Below, one piece after another: positions 1-6,338 of a stretch of DNA of 6,338 nt (its first letter is position 1; each line of letters starts with the position of its first letter). The DNA comes from a virus (Duplodnaviria > Heunggongvirae > Uroviricota > Caudoviricetes). The notes under the pieces were generated by a model. The model did no database searches. It was not told the DNA's origin and was given only the letters and a program-made list of their open reading frames with translations. Location: IMG/VR virus record IMGVR_UViG_2681813271_000011. One strand, written 5' to 3'. The translations under genes were made by a program, and so were the position numbers.

Positions 1-1
1 G

Positions 2-1454
<1,453 letters not shown>

Positions 1455-1456
<2 letters not shown>

Positions 1457-1459
1457 GGA
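1455..1459 (+). promoter_or_regulatory. Shine-Dalgarno-like site (AAGGA) overlapping the terminase stop codon, 8 nt upstream of the ATG at 1468
   Basis: Sequence aaagaTAAGGAtatcaaaaATG; the terminase TAA at 1454-1456 overlaps the AAGGA. This suggests translational coupling. Confidence 0.6.
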
Positions 1460-1467
1460 TATCAAAA

Positions 1468-4682
<3,215 letters not shown>

Positions 4683-4711
4683 NNNNNNNNNNNNNNNNNN
4701 NNNNNNNNNNN
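4683..4711. other. Run of 29 N (assembly gap) inside the major capsid coding region
   Basis: Uninterrupted n characters. Capsid-like coding sequence is in frame 1 before the gap and frame 2 after it. Confidence 0.99.
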
Positions 4712-5377
4712 GTATCTCCGGTATTTAAATTCTATGGTGAAGCAGAAGCACAGGATGATTCTATTGCAAGCTTTACTAAAGTAACCCTAAGCCCTAAAGC
4801 TTTTGGTGGTGCTATTCCACTATCCAAACAAGCAATTCTAACGGCTCCAAATATTGAATCATTTGTACAAAGTGAACTACTACGGTATGCCGCTCAGGGT
4901 CTTGAGCAAAATGTAATGGATAAAGTAGTTGCCGCTGCTCCGGTGTTCAATGTTGAAACTGCTGGTTCTATTACTCTTGAAGATGTTCAGGGTGCAGTAG
5001 CGAAGCTGGCACAGGCTAACGTTGATATGCGTGGCGTTAAAGCTGTTATGAACGCTAAAACCCTAAGTACCCTACGTCAGATTGCAGTACTTGATAACAC
5101 TGCTGCTAAAGCAATGGTTGAAGGTTATCGCAGTACTGAAATGTGGCTTGCTGATGAAGTACGTGTAGTGATTTCTGAATTCGTAGCAGATGGTACTATT
5201 CTAATGGGCGATTTCTCCAATGTAATTCTCGCTAATTGGGAAGGGCAGGAAGTAGATTATGACGATACATCCTATCGTTCAAGTAACACTATCGTATATC
5301 GCGTATGGGATTACTCAGATATCGCACTTGCACACTCTGAAGCTTTCGTAAATATCGTTATTGGTAAAGCAGAATAA
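4712..5377 (+). CDS. Major capsid protein, HK97-fold, C-terminal portion (5' end lies in or before the N gap)
   Basis: Frame 2 is open from the first base after the gap (VSPVFKFYGEAEAQDDSIASFTKVTLSPKAFGGAIPLSKQAILTAPNIESFVQSELLRYAAQGLEQNVMDKVV...) to the TAA at 5375-5377. The track ORF 4916-5377 is only its 3' part, beginning at an internal Met. The FTKVTLSPK...IPLSKQ segment parallels the ITFSKQTANVKTIAHW region of HK97 gp5 as I recall it. The position after the protease and scaffold fits a capsid gene. Confidence 0.8.
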   Translation, partial: VSPVFKFYGEAEAQDDSIASFTKVTLSPKAFGGAIPLSKQAILTAPNIESFVQSELLRYAAQGLEQNVMDKVVAAAPVFNVETAGSITLEDVQGAVAKLAQANVDMRGVKAVMNAKTLSTLRQIAVLDNTAAKAMVEGYRSTEMWLADEVRVVISEFVADGTILMGDFSNVILANWEGQEVDYDDTSYRSSNTIVYRVWDYSDIALAHSEAFVNIVIGKAE

Positions 5378-5390
5378 TAAGGATTAGATA

Positions 5391-5714
5391 ATGAGAGTAT
5401 TTAAAGATACGCAGTGTGATGCGTTTCTAAATGCTTTCGGTCAGTCTATCCAAACTTGTACGGGAAGTACTTTTACAGGAATAGTAGAAGTACTTCCCGT
5501 TTCTATTGAGGCGGCAGGTGGATTTATCGAAAGCGTGGAAACATACCTAACAATCAGAAAGGACGATCTAATAACCGCAAACGTGGCAATTGGTACAGTA
5601 CTAATCATTGATGGTGTAAACCAGACAATCTATAACATTGAAGATGATCTATCAGGTATGGTTAATTGCTATTTCCGTACTTCTGCTGGTGCTTCATTTG
5701 CAGAGGACTACTAA
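5391..5714 (+). CDS. Hypothetical protein; putative head-tail connector or head completion protein (assigned by position only)
   Basis: A 107-aa ORF. The ATG at 5391 is preceded by AAGGA (5379-5383) with a 7-nt spacer, and lies 13 nt after the capsid stop. Its small size and location between capsid and tail genes suggest the function; no diagnostic motif was recognised. Confidence 0.55.
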   Translation: MRVFKDTQCDAFLNAFGQSIQTCTGSTFTGIVEVLPVSIEAAGGFIESVETYLTIRKDDLITANVAIGTVLIIDGVNQTIYNIEDDLSGMVNCYFRTSAGASFAEDY

Positions 5715-5715
5715 T

Positions 5716-6108
5716 ATGATGTTAGTACAAAAAGTACGGAATACGATGAAGCAGCTTATCAATGCTACTAAGAATCTGACAGTATCACGTGATGTTGATG
5801 TATTTGAACAAATTGCTTTTGATTACTCATTAACGAGTTTAAGTTTCAGCAATGAACGCCGGGCAGGTAACTTTGCAATTCAGTATCTGATTTCCCCTAA
5901 ACCAGAATCAGGTAATACAGCCCCATCCATCACTTATGATCAGATTATTAGTACTTTTGATAAAGAGAAAACTTCAGCATTCAGTGATGCAGGTTTAATA
6001 ATGCTTTCGTGTTCTTATGAACAATCCGATATTGTCACAGATCCTATAACTGGCTCGGTTTCCCTATCCTTTACGATAAATATTCAAGTTACGGAAAAGA
6101 CAAGATAA
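5716..6108 (+). CDS. Hypothetical protein; putative neck or tail-terminator-like protein (assigned by position only)
   Basis: Tandem ATGs at 5716 and 5719 are preceded by GAGGA (5704-5708) and lie 2 nt after the upstream stop. The encoded protein is about 130 aa (MMLVQKVRNTMKQLINATKNLTVSRDVDVF...). The track ORF starting at 5638 would overlap the previous gene by 77 nt and add a hydrophobic N-terminus; I consider 5716 the likelier start. The gene sits immediately upstream of a major-tail-like gene, as lambda gpU does. Confidence 0.5.
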   Translation: MMLVQKVRNTMKQLINATKNLTVSRDVDVFEQIAFDYSLTSLSFSNERRAGNFAIQYLISPKPESGNTAPSITYDQIISTFDKEKTSAFSDAGLIMLSCSYEQSDIVTDPITGSVSLSFTINIQVTEKTR

Positions 6109-6125
6109 CTAAAAGGATATAAAGG

Positions 6126-6338
6126 ATGAGTGATATTTTCTCAGGAAGAGAATTATCAGTACAGTATAATGCTGATATTGGTAACAGAACACCACAGGGA
6201 GCAGGCAATGTAGTAATTAAACAGATTAATACTTTTCCAACCTTAACAATAAATTCAGAAGCAAATAATTTTGAAACGTATGATAGTGATTACAGGACAG
6301 TACTACTATCTGATAAATCAGTAGCACCATTTGATATT
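6126..6338 (+). CDS. Major tail (tube) protein, lambda gpV-like, 3'-truncated at the window edge
   Basis: The ATG at 6126 is preceded by AAAGGA sites and followed by 71 codons with no stop to the window end (MSDIFSGRELSVQYNADIGNRTPQGAGNVVIKQINTFPTLTINSEANNFETYDSDYRTVLLSDKSVAPFDI). The segment ETYDSDY followed by DKS.AP resembles the ESYDDSY...KSAGD region I recall near the N-terminus of lambda gpV. It is absent from the ORF track only because no stop codon lies inside the window. Confidence 0.5.
   Translation, partial: MSDIFSGRELSVQYNADIGNRTPQGAGNVVIKQINTFPTLTINSEANNFETYDSDYRTVLLSDKSVAPFDI

Noticed and set aside
5638-5715. Upstream extension of the 5716 gene that adds a hydrophobic signal-peptide-like N-terminus (MKMIYQVWLIAISVLLLVLHLQRTTN)
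   Set aside because: It would overlap the previous gene by 77 nt and has no SD, whereas the ATG at 5716 has GAGGA at ideal spacing just after the upstream stop. A genuine overlapping start cannot be fully excluded.

Overview
This window is a contiguous, single-strand (+) block of tailed-phage (siphovirus-like, lambda/HK97-type) virion morphogenesis genes, most likely part of a phage or prophage late operon. In order: the 3' two-thirds of a lambda GpA-type large terminase; a small gene interrupted by a 331-N gap; a portal protein; one open frame carrying an HK97-type prohead protease domain, an acidic scaffold-like segment and the N-terminal part of an HK97-fold major capsid protein, running into a 29-N gap; the capsid C-terminal part; two small putative head-tail joining genes; and the start of a lambda gpV-like major tail protein. 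Genes are tightly packed with Shine-Dalgarno-like sites and overlapping stop/start codons. No tRNA, CRISPR, integrase or transposase signal was seen. The most unusual observation is compositional: the palindrome AGTACT (core GTAC) is strongly over-represented throughout, in two different codon registers. All family assignments rest on recalled motifs and gene order, not on database searches.
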